Part shown: positions 44,343-55,988 of the stretch, piece after piece | Position numbering within the stretch: position 1 is the first letter of the stretch | How the letters are laid out: every line of letters starts with the position of its first letter | Assembly: GCA_963713605.1 (NCBI GenBank) | Contig: CAVQMO010000003.1 | Coordinates: 160,001-224,000 of the forward strand | Direction: 5' to 3' | Source: an uncultured Nitrososphaerales archaeon | GTDB taxonomy: Archaea; Thermoproteota; Nitrososphaeria; Nitrososphaerales; Nitrososphaeraceae | Length of the DNA stretch: 64,000 bases | Notes under the pieces: generated by a model | What the model saw: the letters and a program-made list of their open reading frames with translations, nothing else | The model's database searches: none | Told to the model about the DNA's origin: nothing | Made by a program: the position numbers and the translations under genes

Positions 44343-45539
44343 TTGTCTTCAGAAGGTAAACGAATCCTAATTTTGGGAGCAGGATTCGGAGGGTTAACAA
44401 CTGCAAATTTATTGCGAAAAAATCTTTCTTTATCCTCAGTAGAGCACCAAATTAGTATTGCCGATTCCAAAGACTATTTCATAATGGGACTTGTAAATTT
44501 ATGGATCTTAAGTGGAATAAGAACACTGGAAGATTCTAAAATAGCATTAAGCAGACTGGAAAATAAAGGAATAAGCTTTCTAAATGGTGAAGTAACAGCA
44601 ATTGATCCTGTCTCAAGAATGGTTACAATCAAAGGAAGTTCGACTCTCAGATTAGAATATGACTATTTGGTAATAGCATTAGGATCAGAATTTGCACTTG
44701 AAAATGTCAAGGGATTTTTAGAAAATGGAGGCTTTAATCTATATGATGCAGAGCAAGTTCCAAAATTAAGAGAAAAGATACTTTCATTAAAAAAGGGGAG
44801 AATTGCAATATGCATAACCTCTGTTCCATACAAATGCCCACCCGCACCATATGAGGCATCTCTACTTATCAATGATATTTTAGTTAAGAATGGTACAAGG
44901 GACTCGATTGATATCGAAATTTATACATCAACTCCAATTGCTTTACCTGTAGCTGGAACAAAAGTGAGTCAAGATGTTATTAACCTTCTTGAAGATAGCC
45001 ATGTCAATTTCCATCCATTACATAAAATAAAGACAGTCTCAGACACAAAAGAGATAGAGTTTGAAAATGGAAATAGGGTAAATTATGATTTGTTGATAGG
45101 TATCCCTCCTCATAAAGTTCCTGCAGTAATAAGGAATTCTGATTCTTATTAAGCTAGGACAAAACTGGATTAATGTCGACAAGTTCAGTCTTAGGACAGA
45201 TTATCAAAATGTTTTTGCAATAGGGGATGTAAATGAAATTAAAGTAAATGAAAATGTGGCTATCCCTAAAGCTGGAGTATTTGCTGAAGCTCAGGCGAAG
45301 GTAGTTAGCCAACAAATTATCGATGATATTGAAAATAACAGGGATAAACTATCATCATCAAAATTTGATGGAAAAGGTTTTTGTTTTATGGAAGTTGGAG
45401 ATAAGAAGGCAGGGTATATTGCTGAGATTTTTATAATGAAGATGGTCCTGTCACTCTACTTGAGCCACCATCTAAGGAATCATACGAAAGGAAATTAGAT
45501 TTCGAAAGAAGTAAGGTAAGTGAGTGGTTACTATCGTAG
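44343..45539 (+). CDS. Sulfide:quinone oxidoreductase-like FAD oxidoreductase, two frameshifts (near 45145 and 45425)
   Basis: ILILGAGFGG, YDYLVIALG, YKCPPAPYE, VFAIGD, IPKAGVFA and FDGKGFCFME. Confidence 0.8.
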
Positions 45540-46224
45540 TCCGCTACTTGTTTGTCTACTAAACTTTTACTTTGAAGCCACTATGAGTTGCTCTTCTACT
45601 TTCTCCAGCTCTGGTTGCTGTTCTTCTTCCTCGGCTAGCTTATCCATTCTTCTCTTGAAGAGTTTGCTATATTCGTAGTTTGATATAAACTCACACATAC
45701 TATGGTATTGTGTAGTATATTATTTAAACAGATTCCTAATGAATTTTTTAACATGACGATATCACTCTCAGAATAAGGGCTAACTTCAGAAGTACTGAAA
45801 CATCTAAACTGCTGAATCAATTCGAATTATTATTTCGATGCACAAAGGGATGCTTAGACTTCTTGAGATCGTCTTCGGTATTCTGCCTTTTGAATGAAAG
45901 TCTAGGAATGCAGGCAATTTTGAATTAGATATTTATTTGTCGGTTTCAAGCCTTAAGAGTTCCCCCATAGCGAAACCTATTTGACCAACGCCATGGGTCG
46001 AACAACTATACTGGCATGCTTCTCGTGTTCATAACGAACTGACTTTGACGGTGGTCATGGAATTTTCGCGAATTATGGGTCTTGAATCGCGAGGGTTATA
46101 CCCTCCATACCCAACTCTTCTTGCCCTGCGTCGGGACCTCCCCACATCCAAACAAAAGCAACTTTCGCTGCTACCCCCAATACCTGCATCCAGTTGTATT
46201 GAAAAAACAACTTTATATGTTCGC

Positions 46225-46562
46225 CTACTTGTTTTCAAAGAGACTTTATGAAAATTGGCTGACCGAAAAGGCTCAAAATTTTTTTGAGGATAAAGTAAAG
46301 AATTATTCGAAAAAGGTGGGAGTGAGGGGTAATGGGGGGTGTAACTATAAAGAATCTTAGGAATAGGTGGGGAAGCCTTACTAAAAATAGTACAATTTAC
46401 ATTAATTTAAACTTGATAAGAGCCCCTGAAGTTGTTATAGTATTGCATGAATTATGCCGTATGAAAGTGGAAGGACATTCACATCGTTATTGGGATCTGC
46501 TGCACAAGTTCATGCCTAATTATCATGATAAAGTGGAATTGGTTAAAAGTGAATGGAAATAA
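46225..46562 (+). pseudogene. YgjP/DUF45-like (M48-related) metal-dependent hydrolase C-terminal remnant
   Basis: LYENWLTEKA...IKNLRNRWGS...INLNLIRAP..VLHELCR...HSHRYWDLL. The HExxH motif is degenerate and the gene is frameshifted. Confidence 0.75.
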
Positions 46563-46944
46563 CCTACTCTGAACTTATTTTTCCATATGTGTATGCTGCC
46601 TATCAAACTAAGACCAATACTGGTATGTATCAACTCCTAGCAGGAATACCAGCTGTATATAACGCTACCTCTCTCTTGATGTCTGAAAATTCTTGGCATT
46701 GTGATCTTCCTACTTCAAAAGCTACCTCGGGACTAGATACTTCTATTGTAGGACACTGAATGGACTTATACATAATTGTAAGTATATGTTAGAGGTAATA
46801 GAACACTTGTAATAACCTCTGGTTTTTATTACCTCATAGTGGACACGCTGTACAAGTTCTTACTAAGAATAGTGATGTTGAACGTTAGATGATGTTGGAT
46901 AAAATGTATTTATTTATAGCTGAGAACAACGTAATCTGGGGGAA

Positions 46945-47355
46945 TTGAATAAGATCGGAGTCATAATCTTGATGGTTATAATATGTACATTATCATTAGC
47001 TAATCCCTCAAAGGTGTTTTCTCAATTCGATCGAATGATGACGAACTTCACTACACTATTTGAAGATGAACTAACTGGTAAAGAAGCTTGCGGCCTAGAT
47101 TACTGCTCTTTATATCTTGACGTAGAATATCAGAGTTCATATACAGTTGTGTTAGAAGGAAAATTGTTAAGATTAGCAGAGGGTACCATCGGTTATACAG
47201 CGAACGACTTGATTTGGAATGGCGTTGATTTGCTAAAAGATGAGGGTTATGTCATTGATTCAGTTCTAATATCGGGGTTTGGAACTGATACGAATCCTTA
47301 TACATATCACGTCATAATGTCAAAAGACGTCAATTCGACAAATCATGCAGAATAA
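46945..47355 (+). CDS. Secreted hypothetical protein
   Basis: Signal peptide; 136 aa. Confidence 0.65.
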   Translation: MNKIGVIILMVIICTLSLANPSKVFSQFDRMMTNFTTLFEDELTGKEACGLDYCSLYLDVEYQSSYTVVLEGKLLRLAEGTIGYTANDLIWNGVDLLKDEGYVIDSVLISGFGTDTNPYTYHVIMSKDVNSTNHAE

Positions 47356-47400
47356 CGTAACCACTAATATTTTTGGTGTTAGTTGCTATCGCTGACCAAT

Positions 47401-47431
47401 TTTATCTAGATTGTCGTTCAATCTAGATAAA
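47401..47431. repeat. Perfect 13-bp inverted repeat with 5-bp spacer
   Basis: TTTATCTAGATTG-tcgtt-CAATCTAGATAAA. Confidence 0.85.
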
Positions 47432-47549
47432 GGGTTTGGAAGCAACGAAAACAGATGAAAACATATGATACCAGTTGGATAATACTTTGAAACCATATGG
47501 TAACTAATAGTAATGTTTAAAGCTTCAAAATCGTTTTATTATATGGGAT

Positions 47550-47787
47550 ATGCAAGGATTAAACGGGCAAGAAACAGAAAATTATGTTAGATCTGTATTA
47601 CAATCAAAAAAAGACTTTTAGAGAAATACAAAAGATAGTAAGAAAATCCCCTCGTGATATTAAAACCATTATAGACAAAGTAGACCCAGGGCGGTCTTCT
47701 CTTTCTGTAACTCCAAGAGCCTATCAATTGTTTAAGGAAGGACATAATCCGATAGAAGTAACCGTTGTATCAGTGCTTCTATTCTGA
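47550..47787 (+). pseudogene. Truncated HTH-domain protein
   Basis: LDLYYNQKKTFREIQKIVRKSPRDIKTII...RAYQLFKEGHNPIEV; the start is frameshifted and the end abrupt. Confidence 0.6.
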
Positions 47788-48110
47788 GCCACAACAGATT
47801 GTCCTGCGCCTGTGGATAAAGTTGCAGGTGTCGGCGTAGTTAACATTAATACTCCAGCAGAAGCATTTAACATTAGCACTGCCGTGGAAACAAGTTTCAC
47901 TTTGTCATGATTGGAGATGTTTTCATTTCCGACTCATTATTTGGGAGTACTATGTATAAAATAGTTCTCTCTATCCGCAGAATTTTCATTCTGAAGAAAT
48001 CTGGAATCACAGACGAATTATTCGCAAATGAAAAGACGACTTGACTCCTAATGCCAGAATTGTAGAGGAAATCCATAGAGCGGAGAGTAAAATTATGCTC
48101 TCTCCTTTAG

Positions 48111-48536
48111 TCATATCTCATCTACTATTTTCTTTCCATTTGGAAATATTTCTCTCTTTAGTAAATCATATTCTACAGAGATCTTACCTGGTCCGGTAAG
48201 GAGCAAGCTTATGGCTACAGATATCAACAATAGTTCCAACTCGAATCCTCCTACAAAACCTTCTGACAGCTTGGCAACAGTAGTAGCGCCTATCATTTCT
48301 ATTATGAACAGAATTGAAGCTATTCTTGTTACTAATCCAACTAGAAGAGCAAATCCACCTATTACTTCTAACAAACCAATTGGAATAGCAAGTTCCGGTG
48401 GTAAACCAATATTTCCGAAAAAGCCCTGGGTCATTGCTGGATCTGACAATTTTGGTATGCCATGTGAAATGAATGCTATTCCAGCAAGTATACGTATTGG
48501 TAATGGACCATACAGCCTCAGCTTTTGGATATTCAT
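48111..48536 (-). CDS. DoxX family membrane protein
   Basis: RILAGIAFISHGIPKL, EVIGG...GLVTR, GGFELELLL and GPGKISVE. Confidence 0.9.
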   Translation of the reverse strand: MNIQKLRLYGPLPIRILAGIAFISHGIPKLSDPAMTQGFFGNIGLPPELAIPIGLLEVIGGFALLVGLVTRIASILFIIEMIGATTVAKLSEGFVGGFELELLLISVAISLLLTGPGKISVEYDLLKREIFPNGKKIVDEI

Positions 48537-49027
48537 TTAGTTATTCATAGAGAATGCATCACTATAGTATATTAGTGATATAATTACAGGAGCTTATATT
48601 CCTGATCACCTAGCATGGGGGGAGCCGACAAGATATCATTGGTAGGAAATTAATATTGTATAAATGAAGGAAATGGTACTGGCTTTATGCTTTTTCATTT
48701 CTTTACTATAATCAAGTAAGAATCATCAACGAGCAGGGTTTTATATAAAGCCCAAGCTGCTAGGGTACAGTCGCTCAGAGGCATTTGATGCATTCAGATT
48801 ATTCATTCAGTTTTGGCAATGTTCGTGTTTGAGTGATGGATCTACCTACTCTCTACCCTAAATCTAGTATGACCAGGAGCGACATACTATGTCATGAGTC
48901 TCTAATGACATATTATTCATCGTTTTGGTGAATGATGCTCTCTTCCATTCTTCCAGAATGAGTCCTTCTATAAAGAAAAAGCCTCCTACGAATTATTCAC
49001 GTGTTTAGCGTGGGTTAGCTGATAGGA

Positions 49028-49591
49028 TCAGAGGTTAAGCCGCACTACCGGTCTTGTAGGTAATCGTCGGGCGACCTCTATGAAACCTTCGGCCAAGAAG
49101 ACTGATAATATGCCGGGATAAAGATCTCCTCGAGAGGCTCCTTGGTCTAGATCGAATGGATAGCCTTCGATGCATTCTGCCCCATGCGATTGGGCAAACG
49201 CCGTTGCTTCTCTTAGCAAAAGCCGAGAAAGCCCTTGACGGCGGAACTTTTTCCGAACCACAAAACAGGTCACCAACCATACTGGACGATCGTCAACTGC
49301 CGAAAAAAACCTAGACCGCCTTAGCCGGTCGTATCTATCTCGCGGAGCTATGCCACACCAGCCAGCGGGTTCGCCGCTGATGTAAGCAATAATCCCTAGA
49401 GGACCATAATTGCGTATTGTGTCGAAAAACCATCTACGATTTGCTTCCCCCCAATTATCTTTACATGCCTTTTTCGGGAGGTGCCAAAAAGAACAAAAGC
49501 AATTCCCCGCATCAGCACAATCATCGAATATTTTTTCGATATCTTCTTTATGTCTAATCGATACAGGGTAACTTTCGATAGTTTTAGGCAA
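49028..49591 (-). CDS. GNAT family N-acetyltransferase (bacterial-like)
   Basis: CFCSFW, PAGWCGIAPR, VWLVTCFVVRKKFRRQGLS, IEGYP and FLAEGF. The DNA is GC-richer than its flanks. Confidence 0.88.
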   Translation of the reverse strand: MPKTIESYPVSIRHKEDIEKIFDDCADAGNCFCSFWHLPKKACKDNWGEANRRWFFDTIRNYGPLGIIAYISGEPAGWCGIAPRDRYDRLRRSRFFSAVDDRPVWLVTCFVVRKKFRRQGLSRLLLREATAFAQSHGAECIEGYPFDLDQGASRGDLYPGILSVFLAEGFIEVARRLPTRPVVRLNL

Positions 49592-49688
49592 GGATCATAC
49601 TCTGGACTCAAATGTATATGTTTTTTCTTGAATGCACTACTGTAGATGCAGGCACGATTTTAACGCAGGCTCTAAAGATATTCAGGGT

Positions 49689-50769
49689 TTAACAGGCTTC
49701 CTCCATATATCCTGGTTTTTGCTGACTAATCATTTTCGATAATCCATTCATATAGTTCTTGGCAAATGTAGTGATTGGTTGTGAGGATACCATATACAAC
49801 CAAGAACTTTACAATCATGACAAGTTCTTGCAATGTCCCATTGAGGGGCACTCCAAATTTCTTCTATACTTTGCTCAAGTAAATTGTAAGTATTTTCTGG
49901 GCTATTAAATTTCCAACATGGAACTAAGACCGTACCATTACCATTAACAAATATACTTTTCCATACTCCACACTCATCAAAAAGTCCCCTTCCATGCTCT
50001 ATTATCTGCTCAAAGTACCTGTGGTGGGATCATTATTTTAGGATAGAGGTGTTTTCTTCCATAATCAAGGATACTTTCACAAATCCTGACCATTGTCTGT
50101 CGATCCGGAAGTAGCGAATAGCTGATGTCAGATCGATCTTCTACAAAGGTAAAGGAAACAGCATTCGAGCCTAATTCCTTTGCTCTCTCAAAATAAGACT
50201 GGTTGATGAATTCCTCAGTATTATACTTAGTTATAACGCTATTAAAGTAGTGTGGTATCTTATAATCAGCCAAAAGATGGAGATTATTTATTACCCTACT
50301 ATATATTTGTGGAGAAACACCACGTATTTTGCAGTACCGACTCTTCGAATACGGAATCAATACTGCAAGTGATAAACTGAATATATTTCTTTAATTCGAC
50401 AAGATCAATAGTGTGAAGCAATGAACAGTTGGTAATCAGTGTAATGGGAATTTTTAGCTTGTAAATATGCCGAACAAGTTCCATAAAGTCAGGACGACTA
50501 GTAGGTTCACCTCCTTCAATGATGGACCAGATACAATATTTTGAAACCTTATCAAAAATTGATTTCCATTGCTCTGTAGTCAAGTCATTTTTCTTTGCCA
50601 AATCGATTTGACCAATCTTATCAGCATCTCCGAAAGGACACATAGGGCAATAGAAATTACAGTAATGTGTTAAACTGAAAACTGCAATTAATGGGCGTCT
50701 TCTTCCTATGACTCTGTTGCCCGACCAATTGCCTAGAAGTTTGATTGTACGCATAGTGTCAACTGGCAT
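49689..50769 (-). CDS. Radical SAM protein with a C-terminal SPASM-like domain (archaeal PTO1314-like), three frameshifts
   Basis: THYCNFYCPMC, GGEPT, ITN and SIDS; C-terminal ECGVWK...VPCW...TCHDCKVLGC. Frame changes near 50335, 50020 and 49787. Confidence 0.8.
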
Positions 50770-51090
50770 GAGGTTACCATCATCATAACAGCATATTAAG
50801 TTGCTGTTGATATTGGTTGGATTTGTGACATGTTTATACCTTAATTCTTCATATAATTTGGACTTCTGCGATGCAGTAATCTAAAGTATATATGCATCAA
50901 TTTATGCAGCCATAAACTATCCTTTTTTAACATCGATGCTTTCGTCATTAAACAAATTCCAAAACGACTATCATCACATTATACTAAAGAATCTTAGAAG
51001 GTAGAATGAGAAGATGATTTTTCCATCTTCTATTTAATTCCAAATTTCAATATTCTTTTTATTCAAGTCATTCACAATCATGAATATACC

Positions 51091-51625
51091 ATGACTCAGT
51101 CAATGAAAAGACCATTTGGCATTACAATCATAGCTATTCTAGCCATAGTAAGTGGTGCGGTGTTAATATTTGGAGGACTATCATCTTTAGTATCTGGAGA
51201 CTTTCTTTGCGTCAATACCAATTGATAATGTCATGACTGAGCTACAGCAACTGGAGCAAGGACAGCCGCAAACGCTGAATTTAGCAGAATTACATGCTCT
51301 AATCCAGTTGCTTGGAAGTATTAGTATAGTAATGGGCGCGATCGTGATGGTAATTGGAATAGGCTATTTAGTTGTATCCTATGGTCTCCTAAATGGAAGA
51401 GGGTGGGCATGGACTATTGCAGTAATACTAACTACGATATCAATCATAGTCCAAATAGTATTCGTTATAACAACAAGCATGCTTAATGCATCATTGCATC
51501 ACGATACGAATACCTCATTATATCATTTAATTGATCAAATTATTGGAATAATGATTAATGGAATAATTCTCTATTATCTCTATCGTCCATCTGTGAAGAG
51601 ATACTTCAAAAAATCCCAGCCCTAA
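51091..51625 (+). CDS. Hypothetical 4-TM membrane protein, +1 frameshift near 51200
   Basis: MTQSMKRPFGITIIAILAIVSG..., then ORF 51233..51625 with YGLLNGRGWAW and ILYYLYRPSVKRYF. Confidence 0.75.
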
Positions 51626-51769
51626 CGGAATAAGAATAGAGAAAAAATTTTTAATTCAAGGGTACATGAGTGAAATTGATTTATATACTGGCAACTTTCC
51701 TACTTTCCAGTATTTTGTGCTTCAAATATAGATGTGAAATACATTTAAGAAATTGTGTGTATGTAGTAA

Positions 51770-52195
51770 TTGATGCAAGCAGATGATGGTGGGGGTGGTG
51801 TAGATTATGAAGGCCGAAAGAAGTTCATCTGCATTGCTACCTTTCTGCCTCTAAAAAGCTGGAGGTATATGATACCTTTTCAACTAATGACATCGAAAGT
51901 ATTAAAACAAGTAAAGCAAAATGAGGGAGTAGTCAATTATGCAGTAAAGGCCAATTTCCTTAAGAAGCATTTTTGGACATTTTCTATTTGGAAGGATAAT
52001 GAGTCACTTAGACAGTTTACTATGTCAGAACCTCATGCTACGGCTGTCAAGAAGTTCACTGAATGGGCTGGCGAGGGTTCTGCATTTGTAGAATGGAGTA
52101 GCCGAAGTGAGATGATTGATTGGAGAGAGGCATTCAAAAAACTTCAGGAACCCACATACTATTACAAGAAAGCGTCGGACGAAACGCTTTATTAA
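51770..52195 (+). CDS. DUF3291/antibiotic-biosynthesis-monooxygenase-like protein
   Basis: FWTFSIWKDNESLRQFTMSEPHATAV...W. Confidence 0.7.
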   Translation: MMQADDGGGGVDYEGRKKFICIATFLPLKSWRYMIPFQLMTSKVLKQVKQNEGVVNYAVKANFLKKHFWTFSIWKDNESLRQFTMSEPHATAVKKFTEWAGEGSAFVEWSSRSEMIDWREAFKKLQEPTYYYKKASDETLY

Positions 52196-52862
52196 GCACA
52201 AATACGAAACGCTTTATAATGGGGAAATTCCTCCGTCGAATGATGTTCCACATGGGAATCTCATTTTCACCTCCTGATCTCCTATTCTAGTTTAGCTTCA
52301 GGTCGGAGGAACCCGAATCCAGTGTAATTCTTAATACTTGTAGAGATCCTATCTTCAGCTCAGTCTTTCACAAAATTGATCGTGCTCTCTGAAATCGGAA
52401 CATTTATACCAATTGGTCATTATCAGTGATTTCATTGGGGCCGGATTAGGGAAGAAGTCAATAAGCAGCTCATAGACTGTAACACATATTATTCAGACAA
52501 TTTTACCTTATTAAATAAAATATGTGTGTGCCAGAAGTCCCACACACAGATTTGCATATGACATTACCAAAGAGCATTTGACAACCTTTGATGAACTATT
52601 CTTCTGGATGATGCCCTTCTGCTTATTAGATCGCTTTAGGACTTATATCAATAGCTACGATTCCTATTTTAGAGAACGAGAATAGCTTGAATCGAATGCT
52701 GAAGATGCAATAAGATATTATCAAGAATTTCTCACGCTCTTAGGGATTACCGAATTTATCAAGATTTACCCTTAAATAAAGGATAATCCTTGGCCGTTTG
52801 TGAATTTATCGATTAATCTGTGTTCTGCACGGGTCTAGAGACAGAAGCATTAAACCATCAAA

Positions 52863-53849
52863 ATGATTGCACATGATTCAAATATATTAGGAGTTACTTT
52901 CACCTCTAGAATGACTCGAAGAAAAAATATGGAAGGACAGATCGCAATGATTATGGTAGCAGTAATGATTACATCTGCAGCTCTCGGATTAGGGGTAATG
53001 CCTTTGCAACCAGTAGCACCTGCCATTGCAATAAACGGTGAAGAACTGAGCTCTTCAAGAGGAGGGAACAGTTCCCTAATTATCATATCATCTGAAACTG
53101 ATAATCATTCATATAGCAAAGAATGGCCAAATATCCATTCAAATGTTGAAACGGATTTTAATACAAACATATCATTACCAGAAATTCAAGAAACAGCTTT
53201 CATTCATCCATTTGCAGTAGTCATTGGCAACTGCTATATAGGTAAATTAGTATTGGTTGCTCCTACTGCTGTATGCAGAGGAGATGAAGGGACTCCTATC
53301 CATGTCAGTGACTATTCCAATATGCAGGACGGTGTAATATTGCATGGACTTGAAACTACCGAAAAAGGAAAGGGTATTGACGGAAGAAGATATTCTGAAG
53401 CTGGTGATGGACTAATGGCAAATAGCTCTCAGTTTGTAGAGGGTTATTCAGTATTTGTTGGAACAAATACAAGCTTAGCGCATGATTCAATGGTTCATGG
53501 ACCTGCCTGGGTGGGAAACAATACTTTTGTAGGTATGAAGAGTATAATCTTTGATGCAAAAGTTGGGAACAATGTTGCGATAGGAATCTCAAGCACAATC
53601 TCAAATGGAGTTTCAATTCCTGATAACAAATTTGTTCCACCAGGTAGTGTAATCCTTGACCAAGAAGAAGCAGATGCATTACCTCTTAGAATTGGTAGCC
53701 CGTACGAAAACACAAACAATGCTGTGCTTCATGTAAATGAACAACTTGCGGAAGGATATAATATGCAACTAACCCTAGACAAACTTTTAGAACAAAGAGA
53801 AAGACAGATGGAGAAAGGCATGCTAGAAACAGGTATGAGTGCTCCCTAG
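52863..53849 (+). CDS. Secreted gamma-class carbonic anhydrase (Cam type)
   Basis: Signal peptide, RGDEG, NMQDGVILH and SLAHDSMVHGP (three Zn/Fe His ligands), hexapeptide repeats, C-terminal VLHVNEQLAEGY. The start may be 52911 or 52929. Confidence 0.92.
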   Translation: MIAHDSNILGVTFTSRMTRRKNMEGQIAMIMVAVMITSAALGLGVMPLQPVAPAIAINGEELSSSRGGNSSLIIISSETDNHSYSKEWPNIHSNVETDFNTNISLPEIQETAFIHPFAVVIGNCYIGKLVLVAPTAVCRGDEGTPIHVSDYSNMQDGVILHGLETTEKGKGIDGRRYSEAGDGLMANSSQFVEGYSVFVGTNTSLAHDSMVHGPAWVGNNTFVGMKSIIFDAKVGNNVAIGISSTISNGVSIPDNKFVPPGSVILDQEEADALPLRIGSPYENTNNAVLHVNEQLAEGYNMQLTLDKLLEQRERQMEKGMLETGMSAP

Positions 53850-54033
53850 TTACATCTGTCTGTGTATTAATACACTAAGAAAAAAGATCCGGTCTGGGCC
53901 AAAGAAATTGTATTGATAACAGTTCACAGCCCTTGTTATTGACTATAACGCCTTAAGTGACTGGCTTGCGGTTTGTCAAAATGTCCCCTTAAATGTCCCT
54001 AAAATAAAAAAGGAGAATGCCGTTCAGTTACTG

Positions 54034-54237
54034 TTACTTGCAGCCAGCATGTGCCCACTCAGCGTCATAGCCGTGATGAAAGTCACGAGAATGACCTGAA
54101 CCCGGGTCATACGCCTTTCCGCCTCTACAGTCAGCAGCACCTGATTCACAGCCACTCTTCCAGTTATCACTCTTGCCCTTCTGGCCTTCACACCATGTAA
54201 CTCCGCAAGTAGCTTTGGCGGGCTATGCATCTTCCAT
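54034..54237 (-). pseudogene. Remnant of a small Cys/Gly-rich protein
   Basis: MEDA*PAKATCGVTWCEGQKGKSDNWKSGCESGAADCRGGKAYDPGSGHSRDFHHGYDAEWAHAGCK*, followed by a T-rich tract. Confidence 0.5.
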
Positions 54238-54397
54238 ATTGCATATGAGGATGGAAGTCATTTCAAAAAATTTGATCGTAACCGGAGGCACAATAATGAA
54301 TGTCGCACTACTGACGAAACTCCATTTTTCAACAGTGCAACTCTGATATCACAATCGACATGTTGCAAAGGTTCGGCCGATTGTTTTTGGAGGGGTA

Positions 54398-54733
54398 GTG
54401 ACTGAGATTGAAGATGGTGACACACTTAATGTGAATAATGTGCGAATACGTCTTTCGATGATCAATACCCCTGAAACAGCAGAACCCGGTTACAATAAAG
54501 CAACAGCGGCGGCTGAATCGGAATGCGCAGTTGGAAGCGAAGCGTTGGTAGATGAAGATGATGGCAAGAAAGGTGGAAGTTTTGGCAGATTGATAGGTGC
54601 AGTTTATTGCAATGGGAACAACGTATCTTTGAACGAAATACTTCTGGATAAAGGTAAAGCAGTTTTGTATGAAGACCTTTACAATGTTAGCATGTTTGCC
54701 AATGAGGACTGGATAGCAAGTTCTGGCTGTTAG
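54398..54733 (+). pseudogene. Thermonuclease (SNase-like) domain, N-terminally disrupted
   Basis: EDGDTL, IRLSMINTPE, SFGRLIGAVYC and LNEILLDKGKA. The upstream CKGSADCF is out of frame. Confidence 0.75.
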
Positions 54734-55104
54734 GATCAGCTTCTGTTTTGAATGAACGATAAGGGAAGTAAAGGCATACTCATGACGTGTATGGATCCCA
54801 ATTTAGGCCTCTATTAGTATCGAATAATAAGTGACTATGGTATCCTTTATTTAGTAAAGAATAGTGAATATTTTATCTATTGAGAGACTATACAAATTTA
54901 ATTTGATGTAGAATATCCTATTACCTTTTTGCTAAGAACTGCTATTCCAGGTGGACTGTTAAGCTTTGGATAATAAATATATCAACGATCTCTAGATTGA
55001 TGTAAATATTTAGTTTCGTCCAATCTTCTTGTAGTAATTTTAATGAGTGAATATTATTGGGCAGATGGCTTTGGTATCGGTGACTGTAGATGATGATGTA
55101 TAAT

Positions 55105-55981
55105 TCAATATGCCAAAGATGGAAGAAAAGGCATTACTGGTTCTCGGTAGAAGCCAATAGTCATAATATTTGCAGGCCAACCAATTTGAAAGCCGTTTTC
55201 AAGTAACCAATTGATAATTTCGTAATTCCGAGCAGGCGCAAAGAATCCAGGGCCAAGAATTTCGGACGCATTAGTAATCAATGCCTTTAATTCCTCATTT
55301 GACTTTGCTACTGCATGACCAAATAGACCTATGCCAGCTCGCATAGCCTATAACGAGTCCATCCTGTTCTATCATAGCAGCTACGCCTTGTTCTTTTGCA
55401 TGTCGTAATTCCATTTCCCTAGAAAATCCGTGTACTGATTTGCAAAGCTCATTACATGCTGAAATATCATTGTCTGTTCGAACGAGGTGTACACTAGCAC
55501 TCCTTGTATTATTATCACTCTTTTTTAGTGGCTGTCCTTGCATCAAGAATAAAGGCTCACGAAGAACGAAACCAGATTTTGTGTACAATACAAAGGAACG
55601 AATGTGACTTGGCGACTGTACTAATCTGATCTGGTCATGGTTTTGTTTACGAGCTTGGGTAAGGGCAGCATCCATCAACATCTTACCTACGCCACCTCCC
55701 TCTGCAGAAGGATGGACTGTGAGGGGGCCTATTACTGCCACGGGCGAAGGTGGAAATTTATGAAGAAATATGCTTCCTAATATCTTACCTTGTCGCTCTG
55801 CTAAAACGCCCCATGAATCTGGATTGTCAAGAAGTCTTTTGATAAGCCCTATACCAAATTCTTCAGAGGGCTGCTCGGAAGGATAGCCATGATCGGAAGA
55901 AATGTTCTTGTGTGCTTGGTACCCGATCTTACCGCAGCTCTCTGCATCATTGTACTCTATGGGTCGAATTACTAAACTCAT
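55105..55981 (-). CDS. GNAT family N-acetyltransferase (two-domain), +1 frameshift near 55340
   Basis: IGPLTVHPSAEGGGVGKMLM and LYTKSGF, continued by ORF 55105..55344. Confidence 0.85.
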
Positions 55982-55988
55982 TTAGGAA

